Positions 1 to 8,426 of a DNA stretch of 64,000 bases are shown here, piece by piece (positions within the stretch are counted from its first letter, which is position 1; each line of letters opens with the position of its first letter). The DNA comes from Bacillota bacterium (GTDB lineage Bacteria > Bacillota > Clostridia > Saccharofermentanales > DTU023): contig JAMNZB010000030.1 of assembly GCA_023622515.1 (NCBI GenBank), forward strand, positions 414 through 64,413, written 5' to 3'. The position numbers were made by a program, and so were the translations under genes. The notes below the pieces were generated by a model. That model saw only the letters and a list, made by a program, of their open reading frames with translations. It was not told the DNA's origin and made no database searches.

Positions 1-1
1 C

Positions 2-379
2 TTATGGCTGGCAGAATATAGTGAGAAGAAAAGCCAACTGCGTCTTGTAGATCCGGAAACACAGGTCGAAACCACCCGTCAGCTTTACGACTCACTTGAC
101 GGCATAGGCGGATTTTTCGGCTTAGCCCTGGATGAAGTGCGGCTGGAGTTCAGCTACCCGGCGGATAACTTCAGTGTCACCGTGGAGAACTGGGATAGGA
201 GCGAGAGCTACACCGTAGAAAGTGCCCAGATTGCAGACGGCCTTTTGCCCCTTGCCCCCTACAGCGCACATTACACCGTACACGGCAGCTTCGACACTTT
301 TCGCAATACCCGCTATGAGATGCTTTTCTATTTTGATATCGGCCTGCCTGTTGATGAAGAATTATGGGATACAAATTAA
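2..379 (+). CDS. hypothetical protein, 3' portion (gene starts left of the window)
   Basis: Frame 2 is open from nt 2 to the TAA at 377-379. Track ORF 137..379 is only the part after an internal GTG. No recognisable motif. Confidence 0.45.
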   Translation, partial: LWLAEYSEKKSQLRLVDPETQVETTRQLYDSLDGIGGFFGLALDEVRLEFSYPADNFSVTVENWDRSESYTVESAQIADGLLPLAPYSAHYTVHGSFDTFRNTRYEMLFYFDIGLPVDEELWDTN

Positions 380-470
380 GCGACCCTCACCGGTTCAAGC
401 GGATTTACCGGCCACCATTTTAAGCCGGACAACCTTCCTGCGGTCTCATCAGCTAAGCGGCTTTCATGCC

Positions 471-986
471 TCAACCTTCCCGGACCCACTGATAGGCCAA
501 GCGGGGCGTTCCGTCCTCAACAACAATCATCCCGCAGTAGGTAAATCCGTTTCGCTCAATCGCCCGAATCATGCTGGTATTCGTCTCATGGGTATCAACA
601 CGCACACTGGCGGAATGCTCTTTGCACCAGGCAAAGGCCGCATCTGAGACCCTTGACTTTCTGCCCCTGCTGGCCATCCGATGAATGGTCAGATAGGGCT
701 GGTCATCATCCAGCCAGGCCCCGTCAATCTCTTCATAGGTCGCTTCCGGAAAGTCCTGGGCAAAAAACACCCCTTCAATCTCACCGGCATCCGGCCTTCC
801 CTGCTTGTTCACGAGGACCATGCAAAGACCGCTTACAATATCTTTCTCGATATCCTCTCGGAAGGGGCCGTCCACCCATTGGACAAAATTACCCCCTTTT
901 CTCATATAGGCCCGGGCATCCTGAAAAATTTGCTCAAGTACATCGATATCAGCAAGGGTCGCCGGTCGAATGTCATAAGCCTGCAT
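471..986 (-). CDS. GNAT family N-acetyltransferase
   Basis: 171-aa ORF of GNAT size and pattern (..IHRMASRGRKSRVSDAAFAWC.. acetyl-CoA pocket-like, ERNGF near the C-terminus). AGGAGG lies 7 nt upstream of the ATG. Confidence 0.8.
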   Translation of the reverse strand: MQAYDIRPATLADIDVLEQIFQDARAYMRKGGNFVQWVDGPFREDIEKDIVSGLCMVLVNKQGRPDAGEIEGVFFAQDFPEATYEEIDGAWLDDDQPYLTIHRMASRGRKSRVSDAAFAWCKEHSASVRVDTHETNTSMIRAIERNGFTYCGMIVVEDGTPRLAYQWVREG

Positions 987-1199
987 AGAAACCTCCTGGC
1001 AAGTGTATAGTTATATTCAATCACTCGCCTTACTCTTTGAAATTTGTATTTTAGAAGATAAATACTTTTCTTACAATACTCTTTTTCCTACCACTAGTAT
1101 GTTATCAGTATGCCGTCTATAAAGTAAGCCCCGGCATCGTTTAGAAAAGCCTTCCTGCTATTTCACAAAAAATTTACCGGAAGAGGCATAAGCCCTTGC

Positions 1200-1228
1200 T
1201 TGATAAAGGACCAGGAGAGGAGTATAAT
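1200..1228 (+). promoter_or_regulatory. sigma-A type promoter candidate for the aspS-gat operon
   Basis: TTGATA (1200-1205), 17-nt spacer, TATAAT (1223-1228). This predicts a leader of about 270 nt. Confidence 0.45.
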
Positions 1229-1422
1229 CAAGCGGCATGTCTAATATTTATACAATCGCCCAATGGCCATCCGGAATCTTTACCCTGAAACTTTGCCGGT
1301 AGACCGGGAGGAAGATCCGATACTAAGGGGAGAGAGGAACGGCAAGTCGCCAGAGACTTGTCCGTTTGGCCGGCACGTTGAATTTTAGCCCCTCGTCTCT
1401 TTGGGTCGGAAGCTTTTGACGA

Positions 1423-1479
1423 TTCCCGGCCGGAGCGGGAGCGTGCTAATCCTTCATCCCTTTGGGCCGGGAGTTTTTT
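1423..1479 (+). terminator. intrinsic terminator inside the aspS leader (attenuator candidate)
   Basis: CCCGGCC (1425-1431) pairs with GGCCGGG (1465-1471) and is followed by T6 (1474-1479), 24 nt before the aspS ATG. GGCCGG at 1368-1373 can pair with the same CCGGCC instead, giving a possible antiterminator. Confidence 0.55.
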
Positions 1480-1502
1480 AATTATAAGGAGTGAGACAGG
1501 AA

Positions 1503-3608
1503 ATGAAAGACTTTTCTAGAAGTCACTATTGCGGAAGAGTTAGGGAATCAGACAAAAATCATTGGGTCACCACCATGGGCTGGGTACAGACCAGAAGGGA
1601 TATGGGCGGGGTAATTTTCATTGATTTAAGGGACAAGACGGGAGTCCTCCAGCTGGTGTTTGACCAGCAAAATTTTGATGAAATCCGCTTCAAACAAATT
1701 GAACGTTTTCGAGCAGAATATATCATTGCTGTTAGAGGGCCTATTAGAGAACGGGATGCAGAAACCTATAACCCAAAAATTCCAACGGGAACCGTCGAAC
1801 TTGAGGTGAAAGAATTTGAACTTCTTTCCAGAGCTAGAACACTCCCCTTTCCCATAGATGACAAGGTGGAAGTCAGAGAAGATTTGAGGCTGAAATATCG
1901 ATATTTGGACCTCAGGCGGCCAAAAATGTTTCAAAACTTTCTCTTGCGAAACCAAGCGGTAAAGAGCATTCGACATTATTTGGAAGGCCAGGAATTTTTG
2001 GAAGTAGAAACGCCCGTTCTAACCAAGAGTACGCCGGAAGGGGCCAGAGATTATCTGGTGCCCAGCAGAATCCATCCGGGTGAATTCTATGCCCTCCCCC
2101 AATCCCCCCAAGTCTTTAAACAGTTGTTGATGCTGGCCGGTTTTGACCGCTACTACCAAGTAGCCCGCTGCTTTAGGGATGAGGATTTAAGGGCGGACAG
2201 GCAGCCGGAATTTACTCAAATAGACCTGGAGACGTCCTTTTTAAGCAAGGAAGAAATATTAAATATCTTGGAAGACTTGTTCAAAAGAGTCTTTAAAGAT
2301 GTCCTGGATATAGAATTTAAAGACCCTTTCCCCAGAATGACCTACCAGGAGGCTATGGCCTCCTACGCTTCCGACAAACCGGACCTGCGCTTCGGCATGA
2401 AAATAGTCGATGTGACGGAAGAAGTTGAAAACTCCAGCTTTAAGGTCTTTACCGATGCTTTAAAGGCCGGAGGCCGGGTGCGTTCTATCAATATTAAGGG
2501 GGGTAATAATTTAACCAGGACGAAAATCGACAACTTGACCGACAAGGCCATTGCCTACGGGGCAAAGGGGATGGCCTGGATTGGCATAGATGAGAACAGA
2601 AATCTAAGAACTATCTTGACCAAGTATTTTTCTGAGGAAGACATGGAAACCCTTTTGAGAAAAATGGAGGCCGAACCGGATGACTTGCTGATTTTCTGTG
2701 CGGATACCTTAGAGGCCATCTACAAGATTCTTGGACCCTTAAGGCTGGATATCGGAGATATGTTTGGCCTAAGGAAGAAAGATGATTATAAATTTTTAAT
2801 GGTGGTCGACTTCCCCCTCTTTGAATATTCTAAGGAAGAGGGCAGGTATCTGGCCATGCACCACCCTTTTACCATGCCGGTGGCCGAAGATATCGATAAA
2901 ATGGAAAACGATCCCTTGAGTGTCAGGGCCGAATCTTATGACGTGGTATTAAACGGAATTGAATTGGGTTCCGGTTCTTTAAGGATCCACCGCCCGGACA
3001 TTCAAGAAAGCCTGTTTAAAGTGCTTGGTTTTAGTGAAGAAGAAATCGACAAGCGCTTCGGCCACCTGATCCGGGCCTTCCAATACGGGACTCCGCCCCA
3101 TGGCGGCTTCGCTTTCGGTTTAGACCGCTTGGTCATGTTAATGGCCCAAGAAGACAGCATTCGGGAAGTTATCGCCTTCCCTAAGAATAGGGAGGCGGAG
3201 TGCCTCTTAACCAATGCGCCTAGTCCTGTCGACGACCGGCAGCTGCAAGAGCTGAATATTGGAGTCCTTTCAAAAGACGGCAGGGTTGAAGATGCCGCTG
3301 CCGGTGAGAAAAGTGAGTATAAAGAAAGTATCGACATCGAAGCCTATGCCGAAATGGCCATGCTGGCTCTAGATTCCACTTCCCGATTACGTTTTGAGAA
3401 ATATATTAGCGAATTTATCGTTAGGACAAAGGAATTAAGAGGACTGAATCTAGAAGCTCATCAACCCACAATCAACGTCCATCCCATCATAAATTCAACA
3501 AGGCCGGATGAAGTTGTTTCGGACTTGACCAGGGACGAAGTCTTGGCCGGAACGGATAGGACAGAAGAAGGCTATATCCTGGTTCCCAGAATCATTGAAG
3601 AAAATTAG
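1503..3608 (+). CDS. aspS: aspartate--tRNA ligase with a fused C-terminal GatC-like domain
   Basis: Class II AspRS motifs are present (FRDEDLRADRQPEFTQID, GSGSLRIH, GGFAFGLDRLVML). The last ~93 aa (nt ~3327-3605) follow the GatC pattern. I chose ATG 1503 because the AAGGAG at 1486-1491 overlaps the track's GTG 1491. Confidence 0.9.
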   Translation: MKDFSRSHYCGRVRESDKNHWVTTMGWVQTRRDMGGVIFIDLRDKTGVLQLVFDQQNFDEIRFKQIERFRAEYIIAVRGPIRERDAETYNPKIPTGTVELEVKEFELLSRARTLPFPIDDKVEVREDLRLKYRYLDLRRPKMFQNFLLRNQAVKSIRHYLEGQEFLEVETPVLTKSTPEGARDYLVPSRIHPGEFYALPQSPQVFKQLLMLAGFDRYYQVARCFRDEDLRADRQPEFTQIDLETSFLSKEEILNILEDLFKRVFKDVLDIEFKDPFPRMTYQEAMASYASDKPDLRFGMKIVDVTEEVENSSFKVFTDALKAGGRVRSINIKGGNNLTRTKIDNLTDKAIAYGAKGMAWIGIDENRNLRTILTKYFSEEDMETLLRKMEAEPDDLLIFCADTLEAIYKILGPLRLDIGDMFGLRKKDDYKFLMVVDFPLFEYSKEEGRYLAMHHPFTMPVAEDIDKMENDPLSVRAESYDVVLNGIELGSGSLRIHRPDIQESLFKVLGFSEEEIDKRFGHLIRAFQYGTPPHGGFAFGLDRLVMLMAQEDSIREVIAFPKNREAECLLTNAPSPVDDRQLQELNIGVLSKDGRVEDAAAGEKSEYKESIDIEAYAEMAMLALDSTSRLRFEKYISEFIVRTKELRGLNLEAHQPTINVHPIINSTRPDEVVSDLTRDEVLAGTDRTEEGYILVPRIIEEN

Positions 3609-3622
3609 AAAGGGGGGCTCAG

Positions 3623-4804
3623 ATGAACACTAAGCAAAAATATTTGGACTATTTTGATAGGCTGGAAATGGATCAGGAAAAGATGTCAGCCTATAAGACC
3701 CTATGCAAGGATCAGGCTACAGAGGCCTTAGAAAACAACCCGGCACCCTTCCCTGTTGTCTTTTCCGACCTTATCTCTAGCCAAGGAATCCGAACCACAG
3801 CCAATTCCAAGATGCTTGAAAACTACATCCCTCCTTTTGACGCCACCATCGTAGAAAGGGTCAAAAAGGCCGGTGGAATCATTTTAGGCAAGACACTCAC
3901 CCGGGAATTCGGCGTCGGCGAAACAAAAAATCCCTTCGGCACTTGTACTGCCGTAGCCCATGGCGAAGATATTATAGGCTTTTCAACAGGCTATAAGGGG
4001 TCAGTGTATTTTGGTGCACACACATACGGGCTCTTTGCCTATCAGCCAAGCTATGGCCTCGTCTCTCGATACGGCATCATCCCGGTTGCCTCCTCCCTGG
4101 ACAGGCCGGGGATTATAGCCAAAAGCTTTGATAAGCTAGCTCAAGCTATGGCTATAGTAGCCGGAAAAGACGAAAGGGAGGGAAGCACTTTACCCTGTGC
4201 AATCAATTTTTCAAACTTAGAAAAGCTCAACACAAGCGGAATTAGACTGGCCAACATCAGCAGCTTTAAGGACTTTGAAAGAATCGAAGAATTCTTAAAG
4301 AAATTTGATTTATCTGTGGCCAAAGCCCAAGTCAACTCTTTAAAATATGCCTTGCCGGCCTATGAAATCCTCTCTGCCGGGGAATTTGCCAGCAATATGC
4401 AAAGATATGACGGTATCAGCTTTGGCTATCGGGCTGAAGAATATAATAATGTCGAAGAGCTCTACAAGAAGACCAGGACCGAGGGCCTGGGCAAGGCCGT
4501 TCAAGAAAAAATCATCCTGGGAAATTTCCTTTTAAGTAAAGGAAACTACGAGGCCTATTATGTTCAGGCTATGAGAGCCAGGACCATGATTAAGGAAGAG
4601 TTAGAAAAAGTGTTGGCAACACATGAATTTTTCCTTGGTCCGGTCAAGCTTGATTACCTTATTGCCTTGGATTTGGCAGGCCTGCCCGGCCTGTTCATAC
4701 CCTTCGGAAAAGAAGGCTTGCTAATAAGCACCGGGGCCTTTAATGATAAGAGATTATTAGAATTTGGCAAGAAACTGCTTGCCCAAGGGGGAGGTGAGCA
4801 ATAA
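3623..4804 (+). CDS. gatA: GatA-like amidase-family subunit, shortened and with a degenerate catalytic signature
   Basis: 393 aa. Clear GatA homology in ..TTANSKMLENYIPPFDATIVERVKKAGGIILGK.., ..PSYGLVSRYG..ASSLD.., ..RYDGISFGYR..ELY..TR.EG.G..V. The GGSSGGS block is missing. GGGGGG SD upstream. Confidence 0.8.
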   Translation: MNTKQKYLDYFDRLEMDQEKMSAYKTLCKDQATEALENNPAPFPVVFSDLISSQGIRTTANSKMLENYIPPFDATIVERVKKAGGIILGKTLTREFGVGETKNPFGTCTAVAHGEDIIGFSTGYKGSVYFGAHTYGLFAYQPSYGLVSRYGIIPVASSLDRPGIIAKSFDKLAQAMAIVAGKDEREGSTLPCAINFSNLEKLNTSGIRLANISSFKDFERIEEFLKKFDLSVAKAQVNSLKYALPAYEILSAGEFASNMQRYDGISFGYRAEEYNNVEELYKKTRTEGLGKAVQEKIILGNFLLSKGNYEAYYVQAMRARTMIKEELEKVLATHEFFLGPVKLDYLIALDLAGLPGLFIPFGKEGLLISTGAFNDKRLLEFGKKLLAQGGGEQ

Positions 4805-6228
4805 TGGGAAAAAAGTATGAAACCGTTATGGGCTTAGAAGTACACGTGGAACTGAAAACAAAGACAAAGCTCTTCTGCTCTTGTTCCACCAAGTTTGGGC
4901 AAGACCCTAACGTCAATACCTGCCCTGTTTGCCTGGGGCTTCCGGGAGCGACCCCGGTCTTAAATGAAAAAGTTCCGGACCTGGCTGTAAAGGCCGGGCT
5001 GGCTACCCATTGTAAAATCACACGGCTAGGCAAGCAGGATAGGAAGAATTACTTTTATCCCGACTTATCTAAAGGTTTTCAAATTTCCCAGGACGATTAT
5101 CCCATTTGCTACCAAGGCTATCTGGATATCGAGACATCCCGGGGCAAAAAAAGAATAGGAATCACCAGGATGCATATTGAAGAGGATGCGGGAAAACTGG
5201 TTCACGAGGCAGGACTGGGCAGCCTCGTTGACTACAATAGGGCAGGAGTTCCTCTCATAGAAATCGTATCCGAGCCTGATTTGCGATCGGCTGAAGAGGT
5301 TCTGGCCTATTTACGGAAACTAAGGGCCATATTAACCTACACCGGCGTTTCCGATGCCAAAATGAATGAAGGGTCTTTTCGCTGTGATGTAAACCTGTCG
5401 GTCAGGGAGCTGGGCGATGAGACATTTGGCACCCGGGTTGAGATGAAAAACCTAAACTCCTTCCAATCCATTCAGCGGGCCATTGAATATGAGGCAGCCC
5501 GTCAGATTGAAGCCATAGAGGCCGGAGAAAGGATTATCCAAGAAACCAGAGGCTATTCCCAGGACAGCAGAAAAACCTACTCCATGAGGGCCAAAGAAGA
5601 CGCCGCCGACTATCGCTTCATGCCTGAACCGGACCTCATGCCCATCGTCATTACGGAAGAAAAAATAAAAGAGTTGCAGGAGTCTTTGCCGGAATTACCC
5701 GATAGCAGAAAGACCAGGTATATCGAAGAATACGGACTTAGCCACTATGATGCCGAGCAATTGACTTCCTCCATAGAGCTAGCCGGCTTTTTTGAAGAAA
5801 CGCTTGCTTGCGGAACAGATCCTAAGTCTGCGGCCAATCTCATCATTACAGAGCTCTTCCGACTAACCAGCCCGGAAGATTTCCAAGTGCCTGTAAAGCC
5901 GGCAGACTTTGCCCGGCTTATCAGCTTTGTCGAAAATGGCCGGATAAACTTAGGCAGTGCGAAAAAGATTATAGAAATCATTTTTGAACAGCCTGAAAGG
6001 ACACCGGAAGCCATCATCCTGGAAGAGGACTTAGAACAAATCAATGACCGAGACCTCCTGTCGAAAATCATTGATGACGTCCTGAGTCGCAGCGAAAAAG
6101 CCCTTGCCGAGTATAAGGGGGGAAAGAAAAAGGTCCTTCAAGCCATCATTGGTCAGATTATGGGGCAAACGAAGGGCAAGGCCAACCCCCAACTAACCAT
6201 TGCGATATTAAAGGAAAAAATCGGCTAG
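4804..6228 (+). CDS. gatB: Asp-tRNA(Asn)/Glu-tRNA(Gln) amidotransferase subunit B
   Basis: 474 aa with canonical GatB features (GLEVHVEL, CPVCLGLPG, DRKNYFYPDL, C-terminal YqeY-like tail). TAATG overlap with gatA. Confidence 0.95.
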   Translation: MGKKYETVMGLEVHVELKTKTKLFCSCSTKFGQDPNVNTCPVCLGLPGATPVLNEKVPDLAVKAGLATHCKITRLGKQDRKNYFYPDLSKGFQISQDDYPICYQGYLDIETSRGKKRIGITRMHIEEDAGKLVHEAGLGSLVDYNRAGVPLIEIVSEPDLRSAEEVLAYLRKLRAILTYTGVSDAKMNEGSFRCDVNLSVRELGDETFGTRVEMKNLNSFQSIQRAIEYEAARQIEAIEAGERIIQETRGYSQDSRKTYSMRAKEDAADYRFMPEPDLMPIVITEEKIKELQESLPELPDSRKTRYIEEYGLSHYDAEQLTSSIELAGFFEETLACGTDPKSAANLIITELFRLTSPEDFQVPVKPADFARLISFVENGRINLGSAKKIIEIIFEQPERTPEAIILEEDLEQINDRDLLSKIIDDVLSRSEKALAEYKGGKKKVLQAIIGQIMGQTKGKANPQLTIAILKEKIG

Positions 6229-6416
6229 CTTTTTAGCTGTATTTGCACTGATACAAAGCACACAGACATCGTACTATTGCAGTATAAACAGGTCTTTTAG
6301 CAGCTCTCGGATATCCTTTGCTGCTTCAATCTCTTTTTTCTCTATAAGAAATTCGATGATGTTTTTCCCGCTTCTTGATGAAGAGTTTCTCTTTTACGGC
6401 CCTTCCCTATAAAAAT

Positions 6417-6454
6417 ACCTCCTATGGCATTATCTTGATTTTGCCATAGGAGGT
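6417..6454 (-). terminator. intrinsic terminator of the symporter gene
   Basis: 13-bp perfect stem ACCTCCTATGGCA/TGCCATAGGAGGT. On the minus strand it is followed by ATTTTTAT. Confidence 0.75.
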
Positions 6455-6480
6455 TAAATGGGCTATTTACAGATTTATTT

Positions 6481-7965
6481 TTACAACTTCCTTAATTTTT
6501 CTCGAATCTTCTCTTCCTCTTTGAATATTTCCGGATCATCCTCATAGAAAACCTTGAAATTGGGGTCCACATCCTTACCCGTTATATACCTGGACTTATA
6601 GTCCTTTAATAAGTCCGTAAATTTATCTCTAAGTATGAACAAGGCAAGCAAGTTGAAGAAGACCGGTAAGACAATGACAATATCCACTATCGTCCAAAAC
6701 ATTTCAGGCCCATGTCCCTGCAAGACGATTGTTGTTACCACAAAAATATTTATCGCCGGGAAAACTATCTTGAAGATGAGGGCAAAGGCATCTCTAAGCT
6801 TGGGCTTGTATCTGAACATATACTGAATGACAGCATTATAATAGGTGTACCAACCTGATGTGGTCGTCACGCCGAATAAAATAATCATTATTCCTATAAA
6901 CACTTCCCCAAATCTTCCAAAAACCGAGTTATAAGCAAAAATGGTCAAAGTGGCCCCCACACTGCCGCTCTCTATCGAACCGGTAGACAGGATTGCCAGG
7001 GCAGTTATTGAACACACAACCAGCGTGTCAATAAAAACCTCAAATGCTCCCCACAGACCTTGTCTTACAGGATGGACAGTTGTTGCCGAACCATGAATAA
7101 AGGGAGATGCTCCTTGGCCTGCTTCGTTACTGTTAATCGACCTCGATATGCCCTGCCTTATGGCCTGGGCAACTACAGAACCCGTAAATCCGCCAATGGC
7201 CGCCGAACCGGTAAATGCATCATGAAATATTGAATAAAAAACTGAGGGAATAGATTTAATGTTTAAAGCTATGATAACTAATCCGCCAATTAGAAATGTC
7301 ATGGTCATAAAGGGAACGGCCCTAGAGGCAAAACTGGCTATTTTCGGAACACCTCGCCATATAACATAATATATTATAAGTGTGTAAAGAACTGTAGTGG
7401 CAATCATATTCCAGCCAAATACAGTATTTAAGACTTCCGATACAGTATAGGCCTGTGATCCCTGTAGGCATTGCATTAAGAAGAATACTCCGAAAATTGT
7501 TGCCAAGGGATAGCCAAACTTTTTGCCCATCTCACGACCTATACCCTTTTCAATGACATGAGTAGAACCTCCGTAGAACTCGCCTTTTTCGTTTTGCGAG
7601 CGATAGTAGCAGCCTAAAGTAACTTCTACCATCTTCACCGTCATACCGACCAGGGCCCAAAGCCACATCCAAAAAACAGCTCCCGGTCCTCCAACCGCTA
7701 TAGCTGTAGCTACTCCACCAAGGTTTCCGGTCCCAACACAACCACCTATGGCGATTGATACCGCTTCAAACGGTGAAATTTGCCCCGCCTTTTTATCATG
7801 CGCTTCCTTACTCGTCAAACTTCCCAACGTATGTTTCATTATGTGTCCAAAATGAGTAATACTAAAAAATTTTGATTTTATAGTAAAATACACACCGGCC
7901 AACATGATAAAAATTATGAAGGGGTAGTTCCATAAAAATTCACTTATCTTTGTTAAAATTTCCAT
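6481..7965 (-). CDS. alanine/glycine:cation symporter (AGCS family)
   Basis: 494-aa polytopic membrane protein with the typical AGCS N-terminus (..FLWNYPFIIFIMLAGVYFTIKSKFF..) and ..ISPFEAVSIAIGGCVGTGNLGGVATAI... GAGGAG SD. Confidence 0.9.
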   Translation of the reverse strand: MEILTKISEFLWNYPFIIFIMLAGVYFTIKSKFFSITHFGHIMKHTLGSLTSKEAHDKKAGQISPFEAVSIAIGGCVGTGNLGGVATAIAVGGPGAVFWMWLWALVGMTVKMVEVTLGCYYRSQNEKGEFYGGSTHVIEKGIGREMGKKFGYPLATIFGVFFLMQCLQGSQAYTVSEVLNTVFGWNMIATTVLYTLIIYYVIWRGVPKIASFASRAVPFMTMTFLIGGLVIIALNIKSIPSVFYSIFHDAFTGSAAIGGFTGSVVAQAIRQGISRSINSNEAGQGASPFIHGSATTVHPVRQGLWGAFEVFIDTLVVCSITALAILSTGSIESGSVGATLTIFAYNSVFGRFGEVFIGIMIILFGVTTTSGWYTYYNAVIQYMFRYKPKLRDAFALIFKIVFPAINIFVVTTIVLQGHGPEMFWTIVDIVIVLPVFFNLLALFILRDKFTDLLKDYKSRYITGKDVDPNFKVFYEDDPEIFKEEEKIREKLRKL

Positions 7966-8182
7966 TGTTCAATAATCTCCTCTTCTTCTATGTAAGACCG
8001 CAACAATAAGACAACACATCATGCGCATTAATTAATAAGCGCAAACAACAATCCTTCAATATTGCAAGAAGGTAAAAATGTAATTAGAGAGAGTATATTG
8101 TCTCTAGCAACAAGAGAGTCAATAACTTGTATAAAAAGCATGTAACACTCTCTTGGGTTCGATAAATAAAAATTAATAAAGG

Positions 8183-8228
8183 TGAATAAAAACAAGTCCG
8201 ATGGAAAGGTTTGACAGTAGTACTTGTT
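8183..8228 (-). terminator. terminator-like hairpin within the long symporter leader
   Basis: On the minus strand AACAAGT..(24 nt)..ACTTGTT is followed by TTTTTATT, about 220 nt upstream of the symporter ATG. Confidence 0.4.
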
Positions 8229-8426
8229 GGATGGCGATGTCTTTCGCACTAGTCTTCTTGCCGGGAAATTTGCTTTCTTGACTTTATAGCTACTATACAC
8301 TTTACAATGAGTTTTATTAATATAGTTACTTAGATTGCTACATTATCATGAAAATTATTAACTCAACAATAGGCATTTTTTTGCAACTGCCCCCTGTTGA
8401 ATTATACGAAAGGAAAGATTTTAAGT

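Noticed and set aside
1237-1302. 21-codon ORF (MSNIYTIAQWPSGIFTLKLCR) at the predicted 5' end of the aspS leader as a leader peptide
   Set aside because: It has no SD and no enrichment of Asp/Asn codons, and nothing ties it to the terminator. It is most likely fortuitous.
1235-1490. Expected a T-box riboswitch upstream of aspS-gat
   Set aside because: I could not find the conserved T-box sequence (..GGGTGGTACCGCG..) or a convincing stem I with AG-bulge and distal-loop motifs. Only the generic terminator/antiterminator alternative is supported.
6229-6400. Possible gene remnant on the minus strand downstream of gatB (frame reading ..GKNIIEFLIEKKEIEAAKDIRELLKDLFILQ*)
   Set aside because: Only about 39 codons are open, with no start codon and no recognisable family. 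This is too little to call a pseudogene.
8150-8175. GGTTCGATA resembling a tRNA T-loop
   Set aside because: There is no complementary T-stem, acceptor stem or anticodon arm around it, so it is not a tRNA.
7966-8340. Glycine riboswitch or T-box in front of the alanine/glycine symporter
   Set aside because: Neither the glycine aptamer core nor T-box motifs are present on either strand. The region is reported only as an unexplained structured leader.
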